A stretch of 64,000 nucleotides of DNA from a virus. Its lineage: Duplodnaviria; Caudoviricetes. Location of the stretch: IMG/VR virus record IMGVR_UViG_3300011242_000003, positions 64,001 through 128,000 of that record, one strand, 5' to 3'. Under the pieces are notes generated by a model. The model made no database searches. It was not told the DNA's origin and worked only from the letters and a program-made list of their open reading frames with translations. The first letter of the stretch is position 1; every line of letters starts with the position of its first letter. This document shows positions 43,231-56,236 of this stretch, in pieces. The position numbers and the translations under genes were made by a program.

Positions 43231-46200
43231 ATGTCATTAACTACAGGATTAATCATATATAGTATACTAGTTCTAATATCATTATTTGTTAATTATTGCT
43301 TATATTATAATGATTAAAATAAAATATTAAATACATATTAAGGAGAATAGAAAATGGTTCAAATATTAAAATATGAAACTTATTATAAAGTATATAATAA
43401 TGGCGGTAGGGTTGTGACATACGAAACTTGGGATGAAAATATATTGCAAAGTACAATTAATTTGCTTATAAATTTAGGAGTAACCTATGAGGTAATAGAT
43501 AGAACAAGTAAAGGAGAATAAGTCATGAAATTTGTATTTAGTCAACTATTCAAAAACATGAAAGATAATGACAGATACACAACAGATGATAAGAGTTGCA
43601 ATATTAAGTATATAGATAAAATCGGAGAAGAGCTTAGAATTGAAGCAATAGATAGGAGATTTCCAATGGTGGTTAAAGATAATGTAATATTTAGAAAGGT
43701 GGAGAGGTAGAATGAAAGATATAAAGATAGATGAAGCGATGTCTTATGCACGAAAGAAACTAGATGAGGCTGAGTTAAAGCTTGTTGAAAAAATAAGAAA
43801 AGGAGATGAAAATGATGTATTACGTTGGAGAGTCAAAATTGAAGTTTATCAAAATATTATAAGAGATATAATAAATACATATCCACAAAATTCACAAGAG
43901 GAATTGATGCATCGTATTGAGATGTTGGAAAAAGATAGAGATATGTATAAAACACTTTACATAAAAACAACAGAACTTGTAGGGGATGTTATGAAAGATA
44001 ACAAGAAATTATCAAATAAACTATGCAATGCGTATAGATAGCTATGATAAATATGTTAAATGTAATATTTTAAAGGAGTTTGGAAGGATAAGCAATATGA
44101 ATAAAAAAGAAATTATAGGATTCAATAAACCTAGATATCATAGTGATTCAGATAGTATATGCCCTAATTGTGGACATAAAGAATGGATTGGTTTAACAGG
44201 GGTTGAAGGTGTGTTTGTATCTAAAAGATATAATTATTACACTTGTTCTAAATGCAGATGTCAATGGAAGGTGAAACAATGAAATTAAAAGAGTTAAAAA
44301 ATATAATTCAATCTAAGATTATATATTTATGGACAGATGATGATTGTATTCAAATTAAAGATAAAGATTTTATGTATTCAAAATATGGTGAGTGTGAAGT
44401 TGGATGTATATATGACGATAAAGATTGTTTATGTGGTAGTCATTTAGATATTGAATTATATTAATAAATAAAAATATATGTAAATAAGGGAGAGATTAAT
44501 AATGGATGTATATGAAAGTCAAATGGAATTATTATTGGAAAGAAAAAAGTTAAATTCGTTAATTGGACACTGTGAAAATATATTAGATGACGTATTAAAT
44601 TTTAACGATATTATTATGAATATTGTCAGTCCTGATAAACTTAAATCAATGAATGTACAATTATTAATAAACGAAGATATTATGAATACATTAAAAATAT
44701 TATATAAACAACAAATAAAATATGCAACAGAACGAAAGTTAGAAATAGAATCTTTGTTAAAATAACCCAATAAATCAATGGTTTTAACGGTGCAAAATAT
44801 TAAAATTAAAGGAGTGGTAGAAATGAAAAATGATAATTATGAATATGGATTTGACTTATATGAAGACATAAAACAATTATATGGAGAGAATTATGAAGAA
44901 ATTAATAGTAAAAGATACAAGTTACTTGAAGGTTTGAATAATGATATTCTTGAAATAAAACTGTTAAGGAATATAATTCAAAATCCAGTGCCAATAACAA
45001 GAGAACAATTTAACGAATGGGTTAAAACAAAGAATAAAATAATAAACGAGTACCAATATGATTTAACTTTAAGAACTATACATACATTAAAAAATATCGA
45101 AGATTTTGCATATGTCCATCATGTCATTGAATAGATGAGGAGTTGACCGCAATGAAGAAATATATTAAAAAACTAAGTGGTAGACCCAAGGATGGAGATA
45201 TAGTTGAATGTATAAGACCATTTATAGTAATTCCTACTTTTCTGTTAGCATTTATACTTATGTATTGGAGCATAAAACTTAATTTCATTGGATTTGGAAT
45301 TATGTCAATGTTATTTTCATGGCAAATAGGATGGGGAATGAGTATAGAACGATTTAAAAAGAGTGATAAGAAGGATGGTGTTTAGATGTTACAAGAAGGA
45401 GATAAGGTTAAAATTTATAATGACAAAATAGATTATTATAAAAAACATGCTTATTCATTTATGGACTTAGATAATGAAGGAATAGTATACCAAGTCATGG
45501 AACAAACAGCAGTAGTTATGTATGGGCATACAGGGTTTAATGTTGATAAAAATGATTTATATGTAGTAGAGAGGAGGAATAGCAAATGGGATATATTTGT
45601 TTAAGTTGTTACAATGAATATTACAAAGATGGATTAAATTTAAACAAGAATGATGATTATAATTATAAATGTCCATCCTATAAATGTGGAGATATGAATG
45701 TTGTAGAAATAGATGATTTAATAATGCCTATAATAAAAGAATTAAATATAAAGGGTTATATAACCAGATATTGCTGTAGTGGGCATTATTATGAAGATAA
45801 TACTAATACATATATAAGTTTTGATGTAAATACTGTGCCTGAAATAATTCCCAAAGGATTTGTTTTGGAAGATGAAGAGTTTTATAAAGACAATAATTGG
45901 ACATTTTTAAATAATATGATATGTATTAGAAAGTGGTATAAAGACATAGAATATGGTTCAATACATAAAGAGATAATACAGACTCATTTAGATTTATTAG
46001 AATGGGTAAAAGAATTACCATATGTAGAGTAAGATATTAAAATATATCACTATAAAATTGAAGTTTTATAAGATTAAAGAGTAAAATATTAAAAGGAGTA
46101 AGAAGCGATGAAACATTTAAAAATGTGGTTAGGTTTAGTATTAATAATAATAGGCGGTGTCTATGCTATATATTTAAAAATTAATAACATAGATATGACT

Positions 46201-48200
46201 GAATTAAGATTACTTATTACATATTGGAAAAGTTATATACTCATAACAACTGTTACGCTTGGTGGATATTTCATAATTAGTAAAGATATACAATAGAGAA
46301 ATTTAAAAATATTAAAAGTGTGAGGTGAATTTATGCTTGTATTAATGACTGCATGTGTAAATAAAATAGAAGTTACATATAAAAAGAAAACTATTTTTGG
46401 AAAAGAAAAGGAATATACCACATGTTTAAAACATTGGTATGATTGTCACTATTGGAAAGAGGTGATATCTCAAGATGAAACGGATACAAAAATTGAGAGA
46501 ATAAAAGAAGTTATAAAAAATGAAGTAAGAGAAGCAATGAAAGAAAAATTTAAAAATTCTACTGTAGATGTTGAATTAAACGTAAGAATAAAAGATTTAC
46601 ATACGTTTAAGATTAAAGAATTACTAGAATTATTAACACCTGAACAGTTTAAAAGTGAATTTGGATTTTTATTTAATGAGATTAAGAGTTAAAAGGAGGA
46701 TAATAATATGAAATTACAAGATTTAATACCATATATACATTCAAACTTTGAGATTTATTATAAAGGTCAGCATTGTGGAGATTTTGATTTTGAAAAGAAT
46801 GACATTGATAATGACTCTTTTAAATGGCTTTTAGATTTAAGTGTTGTAGATATAGAAACCGATGAAGAACCTATAATAGCAATTTATACAAGGGATTAGA
46901 GGTGATAAATAAATGAAAGATGTGATAGGAATATCCTTATGCATAATTGGTGTACTCTTAGGTTTATACGTTGGGATATACGTTATGTTTATAGGTGGTA
47001 TATTGGGAATAGCCAATGCAATAGATACAGGAACTATGAGTGGGTACATAATAGCAGTTAATATAATTAAGATAATATTTTCTAGTCTTGCAGGTTTTAT
47101 TTGTTATTTGATTCCATGTACTATTGGATGTGCAATTATAGATAAATAGAAGAGGGGAGATTAAAGTGTCCAATGATGAATTAATAGAATTTATTAATAA
47201 ACAAATAGAATCATTAAGATTACAAATCCTTGAACAAGAAGGAGATTACGAGTGTGCAGAAAATATTCATGAACATATGGATTGTTGTATACGATTAGAG
47301 AGGTCAGAAGCAACAAAACAAACATTAGAAGATATTAAAAATATAATATTATATGGAAAAAGAATAAGATAAAAGACGTGTTTTATATGGTAGAATATAT
47401 TAAAAAGAGGTGATGTTATGGAATTTGAAATAATGTATGCATTACAAGAAGGTGAGACTAAAACTCAAATGGACATGGATTTACGGATATTTGTTGATTG
47501 TATGTTTGTTAGTAATGTAGATAGTGAGAATATTTATAGGGTTGATGTAATTATAACTGACATACGTAAATTAAAAGACTTGGGCTATTATTTCGATGAT
47601 GATATTGTAATTTATGGGTGTGACATGGATATTATAACTACTAGAAAAACATTAAAAGAATTAGGATTATAAGGGGTGAATATTATAATGGAAAATGAAC
47701 AATTGAAATTTAAATTTGAATATACGGATGAATTTAGACAAACAACGAAATTTGAGCAAGATACAAATGCAGATACATTAGAATGTTATAATGGTAATTT
47801 AGAATCAATGGTGGATAAATTTAAGCAGTTTTTATATGCTTGTGGTTATAATGGTGATTTGGTTCAACAAGTACAGATAACAGAGGAATAAATTCAGAAT
47901 TTTAATAGAATAAAATATTAAATTAGTATTGCAATACAACCCAATACATGATATTATATATTTAAAGGAATAAAATATTAAATAATTTAGGAGGTGAAAA
48001 TAATGTCTATATGGGAAGATGAAGGAAGGGAGCGATTGAGAATTGACGGAATAACCATAGATGAAATTATGAAAAGTCTTAGAGGAATACATAAAAATGA
48101 ATTAGATGAATTGATGGTTGATTACATAACAGATAATAGGCTTGAATTTAAGGAACAAGAAGCTATAAGACTATTTGTTAAATTTTTAAAAGAGAAATAA
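43231..48200 (+). other. Cluster of about 20 very small hypothetical ORFs, several membrane proteins (45143-45385, 46108-46296, 46913-47149)
   Basis: Packed ORFs with RBSs, interspersed with A and B sites. Confidence 0.65.
47908..47957 (+). promoter_or_regulatory. sigmaA promoter with motif B, upstream of the RNR
   Basis: TTGCAA(47929)-17 bp-TATTAT(47952), TGn; a second motif B at 47968. Confidence 0.8.
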
Positions 48201-48211
48201 GGAGAGATTAG

Positions 48212-50770
48212 ATGATAGAGGTAATAGGAAAAGAAAACTGTAATGTGTGCGAGGAAACATGTGAATTTTTAAATACTAGAGATATAAAATTTGTTTATGG
48301 GAAGATAGACGATTATCCTATAGAAGAACAAAAGAACATTAAGAAATTAGCCATTAAAAATAAAATAATGTCATTCCCAATAGTATTTTGGGACAATGAA
48401 ATTATAACAGCTAATGAATTGAAAAACAGAATATCTCAAAAGGTTATAAAAAGAAATGGCTTAGAGGTTAAATTTGATAAGAACAAGATAATATCTGCTA
48501 TAGATAGAGCAATATTTGAAGTTAATGAGGTTGATATTAATATACCTAAGAATATAGCTAATAAGATTGAGTCTATTGTAAATACTAAAACATTGAAAGT
48601 TGATGATATCCAAAGGTTAATTGAGGATGAATTAAAACTTATAGACAATGACCTATATACTAGATATTCAGAATATAGAATACGTAAAGACAAAGAACGT
48701 AAAATAAAAGCAAAAATGCAACCAAAACAAAGATTACTTTCTGATGAATTTATAAGTAAATATAAACATATAAAAAACCCAATGACACCTTTAGGTGAAT
48801 TTACATATTATAGAACATATTCAAGATGGATACCTGAATTAAATAGGAGAGAATATTGGTGGGAAACTGTTCAAAGGGTTGTTGAGTATAATTGTAGTTT
48901 ATTGCCTACTAGTGTATCGGAAGCAGAGAAATTATATGACAACATATTCAATTTAAGACAATTTCCTAGTGGAAGAAGTTTATGGATAGCAGGTACAAAA
49001 TCAGCAGAAGACTTTCCTTTATCTAACTTCAATTGTAGTTTTGTAGTAATAGATAGTTTTAAGAAGTATAAAGAATTATTTCATGCCTTATTGGTAGGTG
49101 CAGGAGTTGGGTTTAGAGTATTAAATGACGATGTTTCCAAACTACCACCAATAAGAAATGATATTGAACTAATACATAAACAATATAAACCTGTAAATAA
49201 GAAAAGTAGAAATGAGTATACTTCTTTAAAATTTAAAGGGAATAAGGTAGAAATTGTAGTAGGAGATAGTAAATGTGGTTGGTATAATGCTTTAGATTAT
49301 TTATTTGAATTATTAACCAACAAAGATTACAAATATATCAAAACAATTATATTTAATTATAACCACGTAAGAGCATACGGTGAAAGATTGAAGACATTTG
49401 GAGGTTTTTCTTCAGGACATACATCATTGAAAATTATGATTGAAAAGATTTATAATATTATTAATAATAGGGTTAATAACGATGAAATACAATTAAAATC
49501 TATAGATTGTATGGACATAGCCAACATAATAGCTGAAAATGTTGTTGTTGGAGGAGTGAGAAGGTCGGCTGAAATATGTCTATTTGGTGCTGATGATAAA
49601 GAAATACTTACTGCAAAGAATAATTTGTATGTTCAAAATGGCGATAAATGGGAAACAAATCAAGATATTATTCATAGGAAAATGAGTAATAATTCCATAG
49701 TTTATTATCAAAAACCCTCAAGAGAAATGTTACATTGGCAAATAGAACAAATGAGATATAGCGGAGAACCCGCATTTATAAATATGGAACAGGCATTAAA
49801 AAGAAATCCTAATGCTAAAGGAGTTAACCCTTGCACAGAAATTATACTAGATGATAGACAATCTTGTAATCTAACTGTAGTAAATATGATGGCTTTTGTA
49901 GATGAGAATGGGAATATAGATTATGAAGGATTATTTGAAGCACAGAAATTATCAGCTAGAATGGCTTATAGAATGACTTCTGTAGATATAGAAATGCATG
50001 ATTGGAAACTAACTCAACATAGAGACAGATTATTAGGCTGTGATTTAACAGGTCAACAAGATTTCATTAATTCAACAAATATCAATCAAAAAACTTTCAA
50101 TGAATTAACTAATAAATTGAAAGTAGTGGCTAGAATATCTGCTGATGACATAGCAGATGAAAACGGATTAAATAAGAGTTTACTAGTTACCGCAGGAAAA
50201 CCAAATGGAACGTTAGCATTATTACCAACAGTTTCAGCAGGATGTCACTTCTCACATTCACCTTATTATGTTAGAAGAATAAGAATATCTGCTAATGACC
50301 CATTATGCAAAGTAATTGAAGAATTAGGATATCCAATACTTCCTGAAAACGGAGAAGAATGGGATACTTGCAAAACAAAAGTTGTAGAGTTCCCTGTAAA
50401 GTCACCAGAAGGTAAGACTAAATATGATGTTTCTGCGATAGAACAATTAGAATATTATAAGATGTTAATGAATGAGTACGTTGAAATGAATCAGTCTATT
50501 ACAGTTCATGTAAGAAATAATGAGTGGGAAGATGTAGAACAGTGGATGTGGGATAATTGGGATTGTGTAGTTGGGATATCGTTCTTATCTTTAGATGATA
50601 ACTTCTACCCTCTATTACCTTATGAAGCAATAACAAAAGAAGAATATGAAAATAGATTAGCAAATATGAAGCCTTTTAATCCTAACTTAATTTCTAAATA
50701 TGAAAAAGTTGAGTTTGAAGCAGAAGGTGTAGAAGATGCTGAATGTTCTGGCGGTTGTGGAGTAAGATAA
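48212..50770 (+). CDS. nrdJ: Class II (B12-dependent, RTPR-type) ribonucleotide reductase with N-terminal glutaredoxin-like and ATP-cone domains
   Basis: CNVC...SFP (Grx-like), VIKRNG..VKFDKNKI (ATP cone), YYRTYSR, PSGR, NCSF, GGVRRSA, NPCTEI, KPNGT, C-terminal CSGGC. Confidence 0.92.
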   Translation: MIEVIGKENCNVCEETCEFLNTRDIKFVYGKIDDYPIEEQKNIKKLAIKNKIMSFPIVFWDNEIITANELKNRISQKVIKRNGLEVKFDKNKIISAIDRAIFEVNEVDINIPKNIANKIESIVNTKTLKVDDIQRLIEDELKLIDNDLYTRYSEYRIRKDKERKIKAKMQPKQRLLSDEFISKYKHIKNPMTPLGEFTYYRTYSRWIPELNRREYWWETVQRVVEYNCSLLPTSVSEAEKLYDNIFNLRQFPSGRSLWIAGTKSAEDFPLSNFNCSFVVIDSFKKYKELFHALLVGAGVGFRVLNDDVSKLPPIRNDIELIHKQYKPVNKKSRNEYTSLKFKGNKVEIVVGDSKCGWYNALDYLFELLTNKDYKYIKTIIFNYNHVRAYGERLKTFGGFSSGHTSLKIMIEKIYNIINNRVNNDEIQLKSIDCMDIANIIAENVVVGGVRRSAEICLFGADDKEILTAKNNLYVQNGDKWETNQDIIHRKMSNNSIVYYQKPSREMLHWQIEQMRYSGEPAFINMEQALKRNPNAKGVNPCTEIILDDRQSCNLTVVNMMAFVDENGNIDYEGLFEAQKLSARMAYRMTSVDIEMHDWKLTQHRDRLLGCDLTGQQDFINSTNINQKTFNELTNKLKVVARISADDIADENGLNKSLLVTAGKPNGTLALLPTVSAGCHFSHSPYYVRRIRISANDPLCKVIEELGYPILPENGEEWDTCKTKVVEFPVKSPEGKTKYDVSAIEQLEYYKMLMNEYVEMNQSITVHVRNNEWEDVEQWMWDNWDCVVGISFLSLDDNFYPLLPYEAITKEEYENRLANMKPFNPNLISKYEKVEFEAEGVEDAECSGGCGVR

Positions 50771-50785
50771 TATATTAAAAGCCAT

Positions 50786-50808
50786 GACAAGGGGCTTTAT
50801 GCCTTGTC
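50786..50808 (+). terminator. Hairpin after nrdJ
   Basis: GACAAGG...CCTTGTC stem; no U-tract. Confidence 0.4.
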
Positions 50809-51013
50809 CATATAAAATATATAATGAAAGAAGGATTTTGAAATTGAATAATAATATTAAATTAACAATAATCAATAAAAAAGACAATCTAATACTAACT
50901 ATGGATAAAAACAAACCAACTTATGTGGTATCAATAATCAATGGAAGTATAGAATTTGAAGGAGAATTAAGTAATTATAATAAATAACTAAATTTCAAAG
51001 GAGAAATGATATT

Positions 51014-51430
51014 ATGGGATATTGTGTTTATATGGAAGAATGTACAATTAAATTTAAGAAAGAAAACATGAAGTTAATATTGCAAAAATTATCTAATTAT
51101 TTTAAGAATAGTAGTCTTAGGTGGGTAAATGGGTTTGATATAGAGGATATGACTGCAAAAGAAGATGACGAAGATACACCATTAGAGCTTGAAGATATTT
51201 GGGACGATTTAAGATATGAAATTCAAGAAGAGGATAATTACTATATTATAACTGATTTTCTAGGTGAAAAACTAGGAGATGATTTTAAGTTTTTAAATCT
51301 TATAGCTGAATATTGTGAAGATGGATATATAGAATTTACAGGAGAAGATGGAGAACAATTTAGATTTGTTATAAAAGGAGATAAGGCTTATGAACAGTAT
51401 CCAAATGTATCTTGGACGGAAGAAGTATAA
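51014..51430 (+). CDS. Hypothetical acidic protein
   Basis: 138 aa; GYIEFTGEDGEQFR tail. Confidence 0.7.
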   Translation: MGYCVYMEECTIKFKKENMKLILQKLSNYFKNSSLRWVNGFDIEDMTAKEDDEDTPLELEDIWDDLRYEIQEEDNYYIITDFLGEKLGDDFKFLNLIAEYCEDGYIEFTGEDGEQFRFVIKGDKAYEQYPNVSWTEEV

Positions 51431-52023
51431 TGGCTAAAACAGAAGAGACCATAAAACTAGAAAAAGATATTTTCAAAGCAACTCAAAAACAAGGCGTATT
51501 TGGATGCATGGAAGTTACTATAGGTTGGTGGGGTAAAGAAAGAGTTGATTATATAACCTATGATACTAAAGGAATATGGAGATGTTTTGAGATTAAAGTT
51601 TCAAAAGCAGATTTTCATTCTAAGGCTAAAAAGACATTTATAGGTCATTATAATTATTATGTAATGCCAAGTAATCTATATGAACAAGTTAAAGATGAAA
51701 TACCTAATCATATAGGAGTGTATTGTGGTTCAAGCCTTGTAAAACGTGCTAAGAAACAAGAATTGGGTGTTGATGAGCAAATACTCAAAGACAGTATGAT
51801 AAGGTCTTTATATCGTGAATATGAGAAGAAAGTGGCTAGTGAAGATGCAACATTAATGGAGAGATGCAGAAGTAAGATACAACGACTAGAAAGAGATTAT
51901 AAAAATGAGAAAAGAGATTATATGAGTTTAAGAAATGCCACAATGTCAGCTCTACATAAGATAAGTCAAAAATACAATATTGATTATGGTGAATTAAAGA
52001 ATATATTAAGAGAGGAAATATAG
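51430..52023 (+). CDS. MmcB-like PD-(D/E)xK endonuclease
   Basis: MEV...RVD...FEIKVSKADFHS...YYVMP. Confidence 0.7.
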   Translation: MAKTEETIKLEKDIFKATQKQGVFGCMEVTIGWWGKERVDYITYDTKGIWRCFEIKVSKADFHSKAKKTFIGHYNYYVMPSNLYEQVKDEIPNHIGVYCGSSLVKRAKKQELGVDEQILKDSMIRSLYREYEKKVASEDATLMERCRSKIQRLERDYKNEKRDYMSLRNATMSALHKISQKYNIDYGELKNILREEI

Positions 52024-52026
52024 GAT

Positions 52027-53043
52027 ATGTTGGTAAAAATTCTAACTGAGAATTTAACACATGATGATTTATATATACTTAAATCAAAAGGTATTGATAC
52101 AAATAAACTGCATGATGTCAATATAACTTATGATGATATACTAAATGAATATATGATAGGTTTTATAGACAAAAATAATGAACCTATTATTTTACTAAAT
52201 AATGCGAAACAACAAACTTTTGAACCAATCGTAAAAGAAATGACAATTAAAGAGATAGAAAAGATACTCGGATATTACATCAAAGTAGTTGGTTAAAAGT
52301 TAGATTTTATATGACTAAAATATTAAATAAGAAAGGAAATGATAGATTATGATATTTAAAATAATAATAAGTTTAATGTGTTTTTTAGGATATTACACTG
52401 AAATGAAAGTTAGAAAAAAGCTTATAAAAGAAAATACCACAAATAGTTTAATAAAATCTTTAGACTGTTCAATGTGGATGGGAATATACATAATACTCTT
52501 AGTTTTAATTCAAATTCAAATTATGTTATAAAATATATTAAATAAAAATAGAAAGAAGGAACAAATATGTTTACTGTTTTATGTTGGGTGATTTTAGTTT
52601 TATCAATAATTTCTAGTATAAGTTGTCTTATTGGTGTAATTGTTGAAGATAAAACATCTAAAAGAATTCAATCTTTGTTATCTTTGGCAGTTCAAATATT
52701 ATATGCATATGTGCTTTATCAATATATGTTTATAATATAAATTATTAAAAGGAAGTGAATTAATAAAATGAAAGAATCTTTAAAAAAGTATAGAGCTTTA
52801 GGCGTTATTTTTATTGGTATGATATTCAATGTTATAGAAAGCGTATTCTTTGCACAGAATGGAAATCCATTTAATCTAAAACCATTAAGTGTTGGGGAAT
52901 GGGTTTGTGATATAATAGCAACTTTAATTGTTGTCTTTGGGTTTATGATGGCAACATACGATATGTGGAAATATAAACCTAAAAAGATTACAACATATAA
53001 AACAGTTAATGGTGAGGTTGTTGAAATGAAGATTGAGGAATAA
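52027..53043 (+). other. Small hypothetical and membrane ORFs (52027-52296, 52349-52531, ~52567-52740, 52768-53043)
   Basis: Hydrophobic short ORFs with RBSs. Confidence 0.6.
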
Positions 53044-53083
53044 CATAAATATATTAAATGGGAAGAAACGGAGAGATGATTAA

Positions 53084-53746
53084 ATGAAATTTCAAGTTGG
53101 AGATAAGGTAAGAGTAAAAAAAGATTTGTATGTTGGTGCGGTGTATGATGAATATGATGTAACTTCGGAAATGCTTAAATTTAGAGGGGAAATAGTAGAA
53201 ATATCTGAAGTATACGGTGATAGTTATGATATAAAAGAGGATAATACATTTGCTTGGACTGATGAAATGTTAGAAGATGCAAACTTACAAATACAAGTAA
53301 AATACATAGATAAGAATATAACACCAATGGTTAAAAAAGATGGTGGAGATTTAGTCGATTTAAGAGTTAGTAGAGTTTTAAAAAATGGCGAAGAAGTATC
53401 TTTCCCATGTGAATATAAATTTGGAGATACACTATTCTTTAAATTAGGTTTTGCTATGAAACTACCAACAAATATGAAAGCTAATGTATATCCTAGAAGT
53501 GGCATGTTTAAAAATTATGGATTTTTATTAACTAATTCTGTAGGTCAAATTGATAATTCTTATTGTGGAAATGAGGACGAGTGGGGTTCTATGGTTTGGT
53601 GTACTAGAGATGGAATAATAAATTATAATGATAGAATACTACAATTCGAGGTTGTAGAAAGAACTATGGAAAATGTTGAATTTAAAGAAGTTGAATCCCT
53701 AGATGAAATTAGTCGTGGCGGATATTCTAGCACAGGAGTAAAATAA
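53084..53746 (+). CDS. dut: Trimeric dUTPase with extra N-terminal domain
   Basis: VDLR, PRSG, GQIDNSYCG, RILQ, RGGYSSTG; about 65-aa N-terminal extension. Confidence 0.9.
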   Translation: MKFQVGDKVRVKKDLYVGAVYDEYDVTSEMLKFRGEIVEISEVYGDSYDIKEDNTFAWTDEMLEDANLQIQVKYIDKNITPMVKKDGGDLVDLRVSRVLKNGEEVSFPCEYKFGDTLFFKLGFAMKLPTNMKANVYPRSGMFKNYGFLLTNSVGQIDNSYCGNEDEWGSMVWCTRDGIINYNDRILQFEVVERTMENVEFKEVESLDEISRGGYSSTGVK

Positions 53747-53759
53747 CTAATAATAACCT

Positions 53760-53791
53760 AAAGCATATGGATTAATTCTGTATGCTTTTTC
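53760..53791 (+). terminator. Intrinsic terminator after dut
   Basis: AAGCATATGG...CTGTATGCTT stem followed by TTTT. Confidence 0.7.
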
Positions 53792-53840
53792 TAATATCAT
53801 CTATAATATGCAATAATTTAAAAAATGTGCAAATTATATA

Positions 53841-53889
53841 AAATAAAATATTAAAAAGTGTTGCATATATTTTCATAGTATGGTAATAT
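53841..53889 (+). promoter_or_regulatory. sigmaA promoter with motif B
   Basis: TTGCAT(53861)-17 bp-TAATAT(53884), TGn. Confidence 0.8.
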
Positions 53890-53954
53890 TAAATTATCGA
53901 AGGAAATGTACGGCAAATAACTAAATAATTATATTAAATAAGGGGGAGTTTCTA

Positions 53955-56236
53955 GTGTTAGAAAATCAAAGTATTAATAGTGTTTCAAAAGAGGAGAATT
54001 GTACTTGCTACAAGTGTGGTCATACATATAAGAAAGATAAAATAAAGAAATTTAAAATACATGACAGAAATGAAACTAGCTATTTTTATTATACAGATGC
54101 AGATATATACTTATGTGAAGAATGTCAAACTCTTATTGATACAGATTGGTTTAATAATGAGGAGATGTTACATCAAGATTCAACTTACAACTGTGAAGAA
54201 GAATTACAAGACTTTATAAATAATTTTCCTTTAGAGTATCAAGAGAAAGTATATAACCAAGGCTTTCCATCTGAATATAGAGTGGATAGCAAAGATTGGA
54301 TAAAAGACCAAATTAAGTTAGATAAAATATTAAAAAGAAAAGAGTGGAGTGATAGTGAGATTGAACAATATATAAGCTATTATGAAAATACATAGAAACC
54401 ATTGTATTGATAAAAATATATAATTTGTTTACAATTTATTCATATGAAAACATGAGTAAAATGGAGTAAACAAGAGTAAATGAGAGGTGAGTTAGTAAAA
54501 TATACCATTAAAATAGTTATTTTAAAAGGAGTGTATAAAGTGATAAATTATATTAAAAATTTGTTTAAGAGAAATGAGGCAAAAGAAGAAATATCAGAGA
54601 ACAATATTAAAAATAAAAAATATTTAGTTAAAAAGGTTATATACGAAGAAATTGTTGATGAAAATAAACTTAAAGAAATTATAAGCGAATATAATATGCA
54701 GATTAAACCTAAAGCATATGCCAAGAAAGACGGAGTGAATATAATGTGTTTTCAACCAAGACCTGAATATAGGTTAGATATCGAAGAGATGTATGAGGAG
54801 GATTTTGATGAAAAAGAAATGTAGCAATTGCACTCACTGGATACCATATATAGATAATGGACAATGCAACCTAGATTCTCATTATTGTGAATGTGATGAT
54901 AAGTGTGAAAAACATAATTATGATTATGTAGGAGTATTATTAAAGAACTATGGAAAAATGATGACTCTGCATATTCACAAAGAAAACAATTTGAACTACA
55001 AGAAGAAATAATTAACATAGCTAAAATATTAAATAATATTAAAAGATTTGAGGAGTTAACTTTAGATGAGAAAATACAAACCATTAAAGAGTGTACATTA
55101 AGATATGAGAGAGAAGATAAAATGATAGTTTTCATTGTATGAATAAAATATTAAAATAAAACAAAAGGAGATATAAAAATGGGAATGTATACTGGATTGA
55201 GATTTAAAGGAATTATAAAACAAGAGTACAGAGATGATATAAACGATTTAATCAATAATTGCTCTGAGTGGGAGGATTTACAATGTGATATATTTAAAGA
55301 TTTTAGCAAAATTAGTAGAAGTAGTTTTATTCCATTTGGTGGTTTATCATATATGCCTGATTTATGGGAAGAAGATACTGGTTTAAGAGATAAATACGGA
55401 TATATGATAACTAAAGATACCGATGGGTTTGATAGGAAATTTGATAAAGAAACAGGCTTATTAACTTTCCAATGTAGTTTAAAGAATTATGATGACACAA
55501 TAGAGTATTTTTTAAATAATATATTAGTAGCTATATGTGAAAAATCATATCATATAGAAGAATTTTATGAAGAGAGTAATATATCCACAATGTACAAGAT
55601 TAACGATGGGGAATTGATAACTTTAGACAAAGGAATTAGATATAATGAATATGATAAAGATTATAATTACTTTACGGGAGAAGAAATTTACCACAATGAA
55701 AATTTTTATAAGTTGAGTGAATATGATTTTACATATGGTAAAATGTGTTAAAATAATTGATTTAATCGAAGGAGAGGTATAATGTCAAGAAATTATATAT
55801 GTGAAAGACATGATTATTGTTTAAAAAATTTAAGTAGGGTACGAGATGAAATATCAAGAGGTATTAAATTTAATAAAGATGATGTAGAAGCCTTAGTTGA
55901 TTTACTAGATAGTATTGACTCTGATATATACGATATAATTGACGAAATAGAATGTGTTAAAGAAATGGGTATTAAAATGGAAACCAGATTATCAAACTAC
56001 AGGATGGCGATAGAAGACTTAGGGTTTCAAAGAATAAATAATTAAGGATGGGATATATAATGGAAAATATCAATTCTGTAATTGAAAGAAATATATGTAT
56101 TCATTGTATATACAATGTTAGTTCCAATGGTTGTAAATGGAATCCGTATAAACAATGTACTGAATATGATAAAGAATTTTTTGATGGCGATTATTTCAAA
56201 GAAAAGTATTTAAAGGAGGATATTAAAAATGTATAA
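53955..56236 (+). other. Hypothetical ORFs (53955-54395, ~54540-54824, ~54808-55142 possibly frameshifted, 55179-55751, 55782-56045, 56048-56236)
   Basis: Packed ORFs, several Zn-ribbon-like. Confidence 0.6.
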
